This document shows, piece after piece, positions 46,155 to 56,168 of a stretch of DNA of 64,000 nucleotides. A program made the position numbers and the translations under genes. The notes below the pieces were generated by a model that did not search any database, had not been told where the DNA came from, and saw only the letters and a program-made list of their open reading frames with translations. Location: positions 62,001-126,000 of IMG/VR virus record IMGVR_UViG_3300008261_000001, one strand, 5' to 3'. The number at the start of each line of letters is the position of its first letter. Within the stretch, counting starts at the first letter, position 1.

Positions 46155-46640
46155 TCAAGGTGTAGGCGGTTTCTTGGTGTACTTGTCCGCTATACATGAA
46201 GCACACCAAGCATTGGGCTTTATTTCTACACGCTCGTATCCAAAGCCTTTGGCTATGCTCACTAGACCCTTCGACCACCTATGGGTGTATCCCCTCTCAT
46301 TAGAGTTCACATCTAAATGGATAACTATCGGCATCGAGGGATACGCTTGTTTGAGTGCATTAGCGACTTCTAGGGTTGCCTCAAACTCCGTATATAGCCT
46401 TGTGTACAAATCCATGAACGGCTTCAGCATCGGAAGGCTCTTATGAAAGCACCTCCCATGATGGGCTGTGTTATTGGATAACACACACACAGCCACCACA
46501 ACGAAAGTACCCTCTTTGAAGGGCTGACTGTCTGCACCCACAACCACCTCTATGAGATCTCCGCTCCTAAGGTAAGAACCAACCTCAGTTAAGAAATGTT
46601 CTTCTGTGTACAGATCACTACCGCGTATCCATTTATCCAT
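46155..46640 (-). CDS. RNase H-like YkuK/DUF458 family protein
   Basis: VGADSQ, EFEATLEVA, IHLDVN and IKPNAWCASCIADKY. Confidence 0.75.
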   Translation of the reverse strand: MDKWIRGSDLYTEEHFLTEVGSYLRSGDLIEVVVGADSQPFKEGTFVVVAVCVLSNNTAHHGRCFHKSLPMLKPFMDLYTRLYTEFEATLEVANALKQAYPSMPIVIHLDVNSNERGYTHRWSKGLVSIAKGFGYERVEIKPNAWCASCIADKYTKKPPTP

Positions 46641-46685
46641 TTTTTGGTCTCAGACCCCTTATGGACTCGGATAAGCCTTAGAGGG

Positions 46686-47048
46686 CTAGTTATTGGGTGT
46701 AATCCTCAGAGTGGGGACCACAGAGTTTGAGGAGTTTTTCTCAACGAGGTCGGTGGGGATAACACCTTGTTGAATCGCCTCAGCGAGCATCTTGCGGTTG
46801 ATAGATACTACCACATCACCAATCAATGTGGGGTCGATACCCTTTTCTAGCAGATCTTTAAGAAACTGTGCCTCATCGTAGCTCGTGCGGTTAACCCCAA
46901 CAAGATGTACCTTGCCCGCAGATGTTGTAATGGAGTCTCCAACCTCAAGATAAGCCCTTAGGGATTTAACCTCTTGATCGAGCATCACACGAAGAGACTC
47001 GATACGGCACAAACGCTCACACACTTGGTTTTTATCCAATGTCATCAA
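46686..47048 (-). CDS. Hypothetical protein
   Basis: 120 aa; TAGGAG RBS upstream. Confidence 0.65.
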   Translation of the reverse strand: MMTLDKNQVCERLCRIESLRVMLDQEVKSLRAYLEVGDSITTSAGKVHLVGVNRTSYDEAQFLKDLLEKGIDPTLIGDVVVSINRKMLAEAIQQGVIPTDLVEKNSSNSVVPTLRITPNN

Positions 47049-47240
47049 AACACTCCTAGAGAGGGTTGAGGGGTGTCACCCCCATATAGATTTTGGTAAG
47101 GACATTTTGAGAGATTGGGTATAAGTCCACGCACATGATGCCTATCACTACACCTAGTCGCATTTATCCAATACGGATACTCGAAGAAGAAGGGTGTCAG
47201 AGGCGATTGGGAGTAGAAATCTGTTTGACTCCGTAGATTT

Positions 47241-47585
47241 TCACCCTTTCTTTACGGGGGAGGAGACGATAGGGTCATGTGCTTTATGTTCTGAGTTATT
47301 TGGGGGGTGTGGATTATTTGTGACCTCTTGTTCGTCTAAGAGTTTGAAGTAAAAGAAGTCTCCGTTATCCAACAAGAAGGCGAAGGCGATCTGTGGGTAG
47401 CGTCTGCATTTAAGGTGTTTAGAGGCTCTTATCTTGGCTTCTTCTAGAGTTTGCACCTCAAGTCCTTTGGGTAAGACATAGGACTTTTTATCCTCAAAGC
47501 CAGCTTGTGTTTTCACTCTCTCTAAGAACAGAGTTTTTAGACCACGACTGCGGTCTGGATTGGTCACGATTATGTACTCGTACAT
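47241..47585 (-). CDS. Hypothetical protein
   Basis: 114 aa; GGAG RBS upstream; divergent from dnaX. Confidence 0.6.
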   Translation of the reverse strand: MYEYIIVTNPDRSRGLKTLFLERVKTQAGFEDKKSYVLPKGLEVQTLEEAKIRASKHLKCRRYPQIAFAFLLDNGDFFYFKLLDEQEVTNNPHPPNNSEHKAHDPIVSSPVKKG

Positions 47586-47660
47586 GGGGACTCCGTTTAT
47601 AGATGGGTCGGTTCAATCCTATAGTATAGGGACTCACACACTAGTTCATAAGGAGAACTG

Positions 47661-48887
47661 ATGTCGTTAGACACAAAATACCGCCCCAAAGCGTACTCGG
47701 ATGTGTTAGGACAGCAAGGGTCGATACAAGCTCTGAAGGGGTTTATTAAGTCAGGTGCGGGTTGGAGGCAGTCTTATCTTTTCGCTGGGCCATATGGGTC
47801 AGGTAAGACCACCCTCGGTCGCATCATGGCTCGTGCTTTATTGTGTATGAGTCCACGCGATGGCGAGCCGTGTGACGAGTGTGCTTCTTGTGTATCTATG
47901 CTTAATGGATCTTCGGATAGCTTTGTGGAGGTGGACGCGGCTACGAACTCTGGTAAGGCAGATGTAAAGAAGCTGTTAGAGGAGATTGGATACTCTAGCT
48001 TCTCTGGTAATCGGAAACTTTATCTTTTTGACGAGGCACATCAGCTTTCCAAAGACGCACTCGATGCACTGCTCAAGCCTATGGAGGAAAACGAAAGGGG
48101 TACATTGGATAAAAGGCTTGTGGTCATTTTCGCCACGACTGAGCCTGAGAAGATGAGGCAGACGGTTTTATCTCGTTGTGCTCCAGCGTTCATTATCCGT
48201 CATGTGAACTCCGAGGAGATTGCGGATAGACTTCAATGGGTGTGTGAGCAAGAGAATATCTCTTGGGAGCGAGAGGCTCTTTTGCTCATTGCTGACTTCA
48301 CTGAGGGACACATAAGGGATGCCCTTAAAGCCATCGAGGGGGTTGCATCGGCTTGTGGGGGGAGCGTCACTTTAAAGGGGGTGAGGACATACCTTCATGT
48401 GGATCGAAACGATACGATATGTAAGATGTTGTTATCCAATGGTGGAGAGAGCCTAGCCCTTGCAGACGAGCTTTTAGAATCTACTCCAGTGGGTACTGCT
48501 TATGATAGGCTCTTATCGGCTAGTATGTACGCGGTGAGTCTTGGGCTTGGAGCAGGTTCACCACCCCCTTATTGGAGCAAAGACGACATACAACGCATTT
48601 GGGACACCTATGGTTTGAGCCTTTTGTCTTTATCGGATAGTTTGGCGAGCAGACCTATACGCCCCACTTCTGCTATGTTTAAGTGTGATTTATTAAAATG
48701 GAAAATCGGAGGTGTGGCACCTACAAGGAGTTTGGGGTCTAGCACTTCCGACTTAGTGATGACGACTCCCTCAGTGGGGATGACGAACCCTTCCGTGAAA
48801 CAAGAGAAAGAAGTATCCAATATAATAAAGGATTTATCGCTATCGGATTTCGCTAGGTTGGTAAAAGGGTTTTTGAATAACCAATAG
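47661..48887 (+). CDS. dnaX: DNA polymerase III gamma/tau-like clamp-loader subunit
   Basis: KYRPK, YLFAGPYGSGKTT, EPCDECASC, EVDAA, LFDEAHQL, ATTE..TVLSRC and GHIRDAL. Confidence 0.9.
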   Translation: MSLDTKYRPKAYSDVLGQQGSIQALKGFIKSGAGWRQSYLFAGPYGSGKTTLGRIMARALLCMSPRDGEPCDECASCVSMLNGSSDSFVEVDAATNSGKADVKKLLEEIGYSSFSGNRKLYLFDEAHQLSKDALDALLKPMEENERGTLDKRLVVIFATTEPEKMRQTVLSRCAPAFIIRHVNSEEIADRLQWVCEQENISWEREALLLIADFTEGHIRDALKAIEGVASACGGSVTLKGVRTYLHVDRNDTICKMLLSNGGESLALADELLESTPVGTAYDRLLSASMYAVSLGLGAGSPPPYWSKDDIQRIWDTYGLSLLSLSDSLASRPIRPTSAMFKCDLLKWKIGGVAPTRSLGSSTSDLVMTTPSVGMTNPSVKQEKEVSNIIKDLSLSDFARLVKGFLNNQ

Positions 48888-48905
48888 CCAACGAGTAGGA
48901 GACCT

Positions 48906-49421
48906 ATGAAAGAACCTGCATGGGTCACATTAGAGATAACACCACGCGGTGAAGAGGAAGCAAGAGCTGGAAGGTTGAGAAGCCTCCTCTCAAATAGAAG
49001 TCCATTTAAAGAGGAGGACATCTATATCCCGATCATTAGGTCGGGGAAAGACCCAGTTTTTTTACTTGAGGGGTACATATTCATAAAGTGGGGGTATCCA
49101 ACAAGCGACTATGTGCATCTGAAACGCACACCGTGGATATCGGGTTTAATGGCGAGGATTGACCCAAGAACGGGTCTTATCAGTAGCGGTGTGCTAAAGG
49201 ATAAAGACCTAAAGGCAATGGTCAAGAGGGCAGATAACATGGGGGGCAAGTTTCAGATAGGGGACTTGGTGGAGATAAAGTCTGGTGAGATGAAGGGGTT
49301 CTCTGCCATTGTGATGGATTGGTGGATGAACGAAGAGGGTTTAAGAAGCTATACGCTCCTTATTGAGTTACGGAGCGTAGAGGTTGTCTTATCCGTCGAT
49401 TGCCTATCTTTGGAGGGGTGA
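48906..49421 (+). CDS. NusG/RfaH-like transcription factor
   Basis: NGN-like N-terminus (IYIP..EGYIFI) plus KOW motif FQIGDLVEIKSGEMKGFSAIV. Confidence 0.75.
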   Translation: MKEPAWVTLEITPRGEEEARAGRLRSLLSNRSPFKEEDIYIPIIRSGKDPVFLLEGYIFIKWGYPTSDYVHLKRTPWISGLMARIDPRTGLISSGVLKDKDLKAMVKRADNMGGKFQIGDLVEIKSGEMKGFSAIVMDWWMNEEGLRSYTLLIELRSVEVVLSVDCLSLEG

Positions 49422-49422
49422 T

Positions 49423-49992
49423 ATGGACTCTAAGTTAATGGAAAGATTGTTTTCATCTGAACAGGGGTTGCACACACTACCCACTGCACCAGAGGAGCTA
49501 TCCGAGGAAGCAAAGGGTCAGTTAGCGACTATAATAGAGAACATGGGGCGAATATCTCCCTTAGAAGCTGATCTGTTGGAGATGTATTTGCTCAAAGGGG
49601 TCAGTCAGGCAACTCTTGGTAAGATTTTTCAGTACACCCAACCGAATATCCATTACAGAATAAATAGGGGTTTACAGAGGCTCCGTGTGTTTGTAAGCAT
49701 ACGAATCTACACAGAGGAAGAGCTAAGGAAACGCTTATCCACTTTTTTCACCGACACAAAAGACATAGAGGTAATGACGCTCATTTATGTACACTCTAGT
49801 CAGAGCTTGGTAGCCCGTATGATAGGTGAGTCACAAGGTAAAGTTAGATATCGTTACCTCAAGTGCATAAAGGCACTCGAACAAGCTCCATCGCTTCAAG
49901 ATGTGTATCTAACCCTCAAGTCCATAGGTGACAATATCACCCTACTGAGAAAACACAAAGACGACGACCTTGAGAAGAAGGTCATATTATGA
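49423..49992 (+). CDS. Tandem sigma-70 region 4-like HTH protein
   Basis: ATG 49423 after GGAGGGG; two units, ISPLEADLLEMYLLKGVSQATLGKIF..RGLQRL and VMTLIY..SQSLVARMIG..KCIKAL. Confidence 0.65.
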   Translation: MDSKLMERLFSSEQGLHTLPTAPEELSEEAKGQLATIIENMGRISPLEADLLEMYLLKGVSQATLGKIFQYTQPNIHYRINRGLQRLRVFVSIRIYTEEELRKRLSTFFTDTKDIEVMTLIYVHSSQSLVARMIGESQGKVRYRYLKCIKALEQAPSLQDVYLTLKSIGDNITLLRKHKDDDLEKKVIL

Positions 49993-50246
49993 GCGAGGAA
50001 AACAAAACACCACCCATCCTAGCAAAAGCTGTGGTGGATAAATGGCTGTCTGAGATTCTCTCTTACGAGTACTCCATTACTATTTATCCAAAAGACAAGC
50101 CTTTTCGTGAAAGGTTTGTGCGTTCTTTAACGGATAAGTATCAGGTAAGTATCTCTGGGGATAAGCTCGTAATATTATCTAATAATCCCATAGAGCTGGC
50201 GGAACTGTCTTTAGCACTACAAAATCAAGGTTACTTAGTGGACTGA
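49989..50246 (+). CDS. Hypothetical protein
   Basis: 85 aa; ATGA overlap with the previous gene. Confidence 0.6.
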   Translation: MSEENKTPPILAKAVVDKWLSEILSYEYSITIYPKDKPFRERFVRSLTDKYQVSISGDKLVILSNNPIELAELSLALQNQGYLVD

Positions 50247-50296
50247 CTTTTAGTTTATTTATGATAGCCGACCCCTAGACACATCTTTCACATGGG

Positions 50297-53200
50297 GTGC
50301 TTCATATGCTTTTCCTAAGAAATAAAAACAGATCGGTGGTTCCCTTTAAGGGGGAGCTGTTCAAGATGATAGAGACGAAGTTCTCTAGGATTCCAGTCTT
50401 GAACGCTATGGGTCAGCAGATAGTGGATCCTTCCACCAAGAAGGTCAAGACGACAAAAGCTGAAGAAGTGACGATGCCCTTTTTCGTCTATAACTCTCTT
50501 GTGTCCTTAGACGAGTATGTCATGGGCAAAATGGAGCAACTAGAGGCGGATAAGGATAGGAAAAGGGTTAAGTCAGACTTAACGACTAAGTTCGCTGCGT
50601 CTTGGCGGTTTATACTTCGTAGGTGGACGGTGACCGCCCCCAAAGGCATGAGGGACAACTGCGTTAAGATCGAAAGATTTATCGAAGCACTCGACAACGA
50701 AATGGAAAACCTTATCAACGATAGGAATACCCCCTTCACAGAGAAGGTTAAAGCCATCAAAGATTATGCGAAGAGTACCGAGGGCAAAAAGCTCATGGAG
50801 CTTTACTGCGACTTCATGCGTAATGTGTTTCAGACCTTCGGCATGGTCGTGGCAGTATCCATTAAGGTCAATAACAGAGTCGGTGTAAGATATCTTCAGT
50901 TCAAGCTCGGCTCTCAAGTAGAGGCTATGCTTGAGGAAGCAAGCAACTCTGAAAAGGTTCGTATCGAACGAGCCATGAAGATGACCGAACTTCGTGATCT
51001 CAAGCTCAAAGCCCAAATGGATAACATGGGCTATGTTGTTGAGTCTATGCCCGTCTACGGAGATGGGGATAAACCCATCTTCGCCCTCGTAGCGTACGAC
51101 CCCGCATACAAGCAAATCCCCGTACCCAAAGTCCCCACAAGGGTAAAAGTAAGTGACGAGGAAAAGAAGCTCATTAAAGAGCTTTATCCCAACGAACAAG
51201 GGCTTTATTCAGTACTCCCCCCTAGAGCCACAAAGGAAGACAGGGATAGGCTTTTGGAAAGGATTGAGTTCCTTAAAGAAGAGATTAAGGATCAAATAGG
51301 AAAGTCACAAAAATTCTATCTCCCTGGTTATGGGATAAAACCTGATGGGACACCAGAGAAAACGGATAAAAACGGCAAGCCTATTTACAAGTACATAAAT
51401 ACAGAAACTGAACGCAGAAAAGCCGCTAGAGCCGCTAAAGCACTAGAAAAACTGCAATACAATATGAGCCTTCAGCTCTCTTCCAATGTAACCAAAGAAA
51501 TCAAAGATCAATACAGAAGGGCTATAGAGCCTTACATCAAGGGCATATACCACCCCAACTTCACCACAAACCTCGGCAACGAGTACGAGTACTTCCCCTC
51601 GCTACAAGCCTTAAAGGATAAAATAGCAGTACAACAAGCCTCTAGTACTGCTATTCAAACCGTACTCGTCCCTGAGTTCCAAACACAGAAGGTCAATGTG
51701 CCTAACTATCCTGTTTGGGATGATGTCACGCAGAAGATTAAGTATGAGTCCAAAGATCTCACTGTACCCGTGATAACAATCGGACCAAACAACACCGCAG
51801 TACCCCACTACGCAACAGAGCTTGCTAGTGTGAACTACGAAAAAGACGAAATCGTCACTAGAGAGATCAGGGACTTCGGTGAATCCCAAGTCGTAGGTAG
51901 TGGGATTTCTCGCTCTGTAGAGACAAAGCAGATAGTAGTAAACGGCTCACCAAAGTCTCTCATCGTAAAGGGTCGCTATGCAGGCTATCTCTTAGAACAC
52001 ATCGTTAACCTTGAGGGTAAGTTCATCGAGGGTGGGTACATCAACAAGGTTGGTGGAGATAACAAGACGGTCTCCCTCCTTGAAGACCGCATGATTGTTA
52101 AGGACGGAGTAGTACAGACCATAGACTACTTAGCGGACAATAAGGTACGCCAACGCTTAATCGAGCCTTATGTGACCCTCACAGAAGATGGGCAGTCGCT
52201 CTTGTTGGGTCTCCCTGGATCATCCCCTCGTGGGATAAATCTCGACCATAGCATAATGGATAAACTATCCAAAAAGGTAGCCACTATTGAGAAGGTGATC
52301 AATAAGGATATACCAGAGTCTCACTCATGGCATAGGTCTCGTAACCCTTACTACACCTTCAAGGTTGAAGACTTTGAGCTAGTTCGTAAGAGCCTCGGTT
52401 CTGTTGGTGTGAGCAAGCCAGCCTCCGACTTCATTGACGCTTATTTCAATAAGCTCAAAGCACAAGAGGCGGCGATGGCTGTAGAAAACCTAGAACGCTT
52501 CACCCCAGCGTCTCTAGGTGGCTTCGTTAAGCAAACGGATAGAGGCCCGTTTAGGTTCAACAATAAGCAACTCGAAGCCCTTGCTTGGATCGACTCCGCT
52601 GAAATGAAGGGTGTAGTCGGTCTAGACACAGGTGTAGGAAAGACGGTGACGGCTCTCGCCGCCATCAAGAACGCCATAAACCAAGAGATGTACGAGGGGC
52701 TACCTAAGCGTAAGTTCCTATTCGTATCGCCTGCTCGTCTTGTGGGCAACCTCAAGAAAGAGATAGATGCCTACATGGATGAGGGTGGTGAAGAAGTCAC
52801 TCTCGCTGACGGCACTAAGGATGTGTCTCCAAACTGGCGTAAGATACTCAACGACCGCGTGGTCGAGATGTCTTATGACAAGTACACGGAAACTTTCCAA
52901 GATTTCGGTGGGCAGTTCGCCTCCACAGAAGAGGGTTCTAAGCTACTGGAAGAGTTATCCGTTCTAGAGAGAGAAATACAGCTACAAGGTCGTCCCGTTG
53001 ACCCTAACAACCTAGAGGGCGAAAAGCACCCCACCCTAAGCGATAAGCAACTAGAGGCTAAGAAAAAGCTCATCAAAGAACTCAAGAAGCAAATCCGTCT
53101 GCTTCAAAAGGCACTCGTGGTGGAGAGTTATCCTAAAGCGGATAAGTATTTCCAAAAGGAGTTCTATGCCTGCTTCTTTGACGAGGTGAACGAAGCCCTT

Positions 53201-55882
53201 GTTGGGGATAAGAGGAAAGCCCTCGCCTCTCTCAAGCACCCTCGTAAGGTTTTCCTTACCGCCTCTACCATGCAGAAGGATCCCCTCGACCTTTACAGAT
53301 TCGTTACGCTCGCTAAGGGTGCAGATTACTCAGCGGCAGATGAAGAAGCCTTCGTTAAGAAATACGGAAATGTCGTGGGCGGTCGCTTTGTAGGCATCAA
53401 GAACGACCCTGAGGCTCAGAGAGAGTTCTACACATGGGTCAAGGAAAACGCTTTCTTTGCCTTTAAGGAGAGCGTCAACTATGAGGAGGTTGGCTTACCC
53501 AAGCTACTCCCCAAGACCTCACGCACCTTAACGGTTAAGATGCCACAGGCTGTTCAAAACGCCTATAAGCAAGAGGCTTCTAAAATCAAACGCGAACTCG
53601 CAGCCATGCTCAAGAAGTATCGTGACTTGAGTGCTGAAGAGCTTTCCTCATACAGCGACACCGAGGATGACGACTTCAGAGAGCTTAATCCCTCCGCTGT
53701 GGGTCGTGGCAGAAACCGCACCATGCAGAAGAAGCTACTCCAAGACTACGCTCAGAAGTCTCTTACACCGCTCATTAAGAAGCTCATGAAGCTATCCAAT
53801 AGACCTGAGAGCGTTATCAAGGGAGCTAAAAATGTAAAGGTGGAACAGGCTGTTGCTCTAGCCCTTGAGTACAGAACAACTAAGACCCTTTACTTCACCG
53901 CAGATAACCTCTTAGCTGTAGAGACAGGTAAGAGCATCAGTAAGAAGATGCCTGCAAAAGTCGTAGCTGTGTGCTTACCAGAAGCTATCCGCTTCTATCA
54001 AGCGGGCAAGCTCATCTACACCGTCAACTCAAGGGATAACCTCTCCCTTGAGCAGTTTGAAAAGCTAGATGTGGCTAAGATCATCAAGCGTTCAAACGAA
54101 ATGCCTGAGGGTGAAGAGATGGAGGCTGAGGCTACATGGGCAATGGATATCTCCAAGCAGTACATCAACAACAACCCCCACATCGGGTCTACCGTGTGTA
54201 CTGACGCTTATGCGTTCGGCTTTAACTTCCAAACCTTCACCAAAGTTATCCATTTGGATAGAGGTGCGGGATTCAACTCCGAAGTGATTAAGCAACGCAC
54301 AGCTAGAGCCTATAGAGCGGGACAAGACAAAGAGGTCGAAGAAATCTTCATCGACACCACAATGAGTGAAGCCACAGACTCACCCACCGCTGTGTCTCAG
54401 AATATCCAAGAGGGCGACATAGAGAACCTATCCATTGACGAGCTTCAGGGTCTAGTCGCCATGAAGGATCAAGAGTTCTTTACGGACATTATCCGTAAGA
54501 GCCTCACAATGGATTTAACCGCTGGTGCAGACGCAGTACAAAGAGACTCCTCTAAGGTGGTTAACTTCACCAACGAGATGCTCTCTTCTATTGTGGATCC
54601 TACGCCTCAGAACATCACCGCTCTTGAGGTACAGCTTGACGATTTTGAGAAGAATCCAGTAAATCATGTGTCTCTACCTGCGGATAGATATGCTCGGCTT
54701 AAAGGTAAATATAGTTTTGCTGTAGAGGGTTATCCACCTAAGAATTTAACTCTTATTCAAGCAATAAATACATTCACAAATGTGCCTGTAGAGCGTCTTT
54801 TCGACTCCATTGGGTTGTTCTTTAACAACTCAGACACAGAAAGCACTCAAAAAAGGATAAACATAGAAAAATATATGACTAAGGGATGGCAGATTTCCTA
54901 CCTAACACCCTTTGCCAGAACTACCGCTACAATAAAGTTTACTCAGGATACTGGTGAAGAGTATATTTATGGGGACTACACGGTGGCTGGAGAGTGTGCT
55001 CCAAGCGGTACTGGTATAAGGATAATGATTACCCGTGCCATATCCGCGATGAAGTCTGGTTTGAAGTCCGTGAGGAACACCTCTGCATTAACTGGTGGAC
55101 CGCGTGTGTGGCCGAAGGTTGGAATGAATGGTAAGGTCGATGTAGGTAGTATCGCAAACACTTGGAGATACAAGCATAACGGTTCTGCCGTTGCCGAACA
55201 GGAAGTAGAGTGGATGAAAGATCTTCTTGAAAGCGACAATAGCATCCTCAGGCTTATTGCTTCAGAGAGAAATCCTGGAGACAAGTTAGGTGAGCGTATG
55301 TGGTCTGCGGGAGCCCACGCTTTCAGCGGAAAAATAGACCTCACTCCAGGGAGTCTATCTCTACAGGTGCTGAACGGATACATTAAAAAGAAGTGTGAGC
55401 AGTTAGGCATAAGCGTACAAGATTACCTCACCGCACCACTAGAGCCTTTCGATCTCGAATCTGTGGATTGCTGGCGTAACCTAGCTAATGGGACTAAGTT
55501 CACTTATGAGGGGAAGGAAATAACCCTTGAGGAAGCAGCCTCGTTATTCCCCACAGAGTTCAAGATTGCCCTTAGGAGTAGTTCAATCCTTAGGGAAGTT
55601 TTGAAGTATTCCAAGCCAGAACTTTTGTCCAAGTATTTCCGCACACCTGTAGAACCCACGGTAGGGAGAACAGCCTCTCCTAGTCACAAGTACTCTTCTG
55701 AACAGCAAGAGGGTGTGGAAATGGATAGCATCCTTAAAGGCATGATGAATGACCCCATATTGGATAGTGTATGGGACGCTATTCGTAGGCAACACTCTAT
55801 CATCTCTATGGAGATAGACCTAGAGATAGACAGAGGCGACACCGACCTCTCACTCGTTGAGAAACTCAAAGGAGCTAACTGA
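50297..55882 (+). CDS. Large SNF2-like (SF2) ATPase with long accessory regions and a C-terminal GNAT-like segment
   Basis: LDTGVGKT (I), FFDEVN (II), LTAS (III), GFNFQ (V) and QRTARAYRAGQ (VI); the start may be ATG 50306 or 50366. Confidence 0.8.
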   Translation: MLHMLFLRNKNRSVVPFKGELFKMIETKFSRIPVLNAMGQQIVDPSTKKVKTTKAEEVTMPFFVYNSLVSLDEYVMGKMEQLEADKDRKRVKSDLTTKFAASWRFILRRWTVTAPKGMRDNCVKIERFIEALDNEMENLINDRNTPFTEKVKAIKDYAKSTEGKKLMELYCDFMRNVFQTFGMVVAVSIKVNNRVGVRYLQFKLGSQVEAMLEEASNSEKVRIERAMKMTELRDLKLKAQMDNMGYVVESMPVYGDGDKPIFALVAYDPAYKQIPVPKVPTRVKVSDEEKKLIKELYPNEQGLYSVLPPRATKEDRDRLLERIEFLKEEIKDQIGKSQKFYLPGYGIKPDGTPEKTDKNGKPIYKYINTETERRKAARAAKALEKLQYNMSLQLSSNVTKEIKDQYRRAIEPYIKGIYHPNFTTNLGNEYEYFPSLQALKDKIAVQQASSTAIQTVLVPEFQTQKVNVPNYPVWDDVTQKIKYESKDLTVPVITIGPNNTAVPHYATELASVNYEKDEIVTREIRDFGESQVVGSGISRSVETKQIVVNGSPKSLIVKGRYAGYLLEHIVNLEGKFIEGGYINKVGGDNKTVSLLEDRMIVKDGVVQTIDYLADNKVRQRLIEPYVTLTEDGQSLLLGLPGSSPRGINLDHSIMDKLSKKVATIEKVINKDIPESHSWHRSRNPYYTFKVEDFELVRKSLGSVGVSKPASDFIDAYFNKLKAQEAAMAVENLERFTPASLGGFVKQTDRGPFRFNNKQLEALAWIDSAEMKGVVGLDTGVGKTVTALAAIKNAINQEMYEGLPKRKFLFVSPARLVGNLKKEIDAYMDEGGEEVTLADGTKDVSPNWRKILNDRVVEMSYDKYTETFQDFGGQFASTEEGSKLLEELSVLEREIQLQGRPVDPNNLEGEKHPTLSDKQLEAKKKLIKELKKQIRLLQKALVVESYPKADKYFQKEFYACFFDEVNEALVGDKRKALASLKHPRKVFLTASTMQKDPLDLYRFVTLAKGADYSAADEEAFVKKYGNVVGGRFVGIKNDPEAQREFYTWVKENAFFAFKESVNYEEVGLPKLLPKTSRTLTVKMPQAVQNAYKQEASKIKRELAAMLKKYRDLSAEELSSYSDTEDDDFRELNPSAVGRGRNRTMQKKLLQDYAQKSLTPLIKKLMKLSNRPESVIKGAKNVKVEQAVALALEYRTTKTLYFTADNLLAVETGKSISKKMPAKVVAVCLPEAIRFYQAGKLIYTVNSRDNLSLEQFEKLDVAKIIKRSNEMPEGEEMEAEATWAMDISKQYINNNPHIGSTVCTDAYAFGFNFQTFTKVIHLDRGAGFNSEVIKQRTARAYRAGQDKEVEEIFIDTTMSEATDSPTAVSQNIQEGDIENLSIDELQGLVAMKDQEFFTDIIRKSLTMDLTAGADAVQRDSSKVVNFTNEMLSSIVDPTPQNITALEVQLDDFEKNPVNHVSLPADRYARLKGKYSFAVEGYPPKNLTLIQAINTFTNVPVERLFDSIGLFFNNSDTESTQKRINIEKYMTKGWQISYLTPFARTTATIKFTQDTGEEYIYGDYTVAGECAPSGTGIRIMITRAISAMKSGLKSVRNTSALTGGPRVWPKVGMNGKVDVGSIANTWRYKHNGSAVAEQEVEWMKDLLESDNSILRLIASERNPGDKLGERMWSAGAHAFSGKIDLTPGSLSLQVLNGYIKKKCEQLGISVQDYLTAPLEPFDLESVDCWRNLANGTKFTYEGKEITLEEAASLFPTEFKIALRSSSILREVLKYSKPELLSKYFRTPVEPTVGRTASPSHKYSSEQQEGVEMDSILKGMMNDPILDSVWDAIRRQHSIISMEIDLEIDRGDTDLSLVEKLKGAN

Positions 55883-55884
55883 AA

Positions 55885-56166
55885 ATGGAACCTGAGAACC
55901 TACAAGAATGGATAGATTTTATCCTTAATGAGATACCTATGGAGGAGCTTATCTTCCAAGCCCAAGCCATAGGCTCTATCGCCTTCCAAAATCAGCTACA
56001 GCAAGAGGGCTATACAGGTGAAGACCTACTAGCCATCTATAGAGCCGTAGCCCTTCGCTTTACACGCGATGATTTTCGTATCCCATCTCAGATGGACGAT
56101 TGTATCGTGGACTATCAAGAAATAGCGGATTTCGACCCCAACAATCCGCTCAATATGCCTCAGTAA
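55885..56166 (+). CDS. Hypothetical acidic protein
   Basis: 93 aa immediately after the SNF2-like gene. Confidence 0.65.
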   Translation: MEPENLQEWIDFILNEIPMEELIFQAQAIGSIAFQNQLQQEGYTGEDLLAIYRAVALRFTRDDFRIPSQMDDCIVDYQEIADFDPNNPLNMPQ

Positions 56167-56168
56167 TC

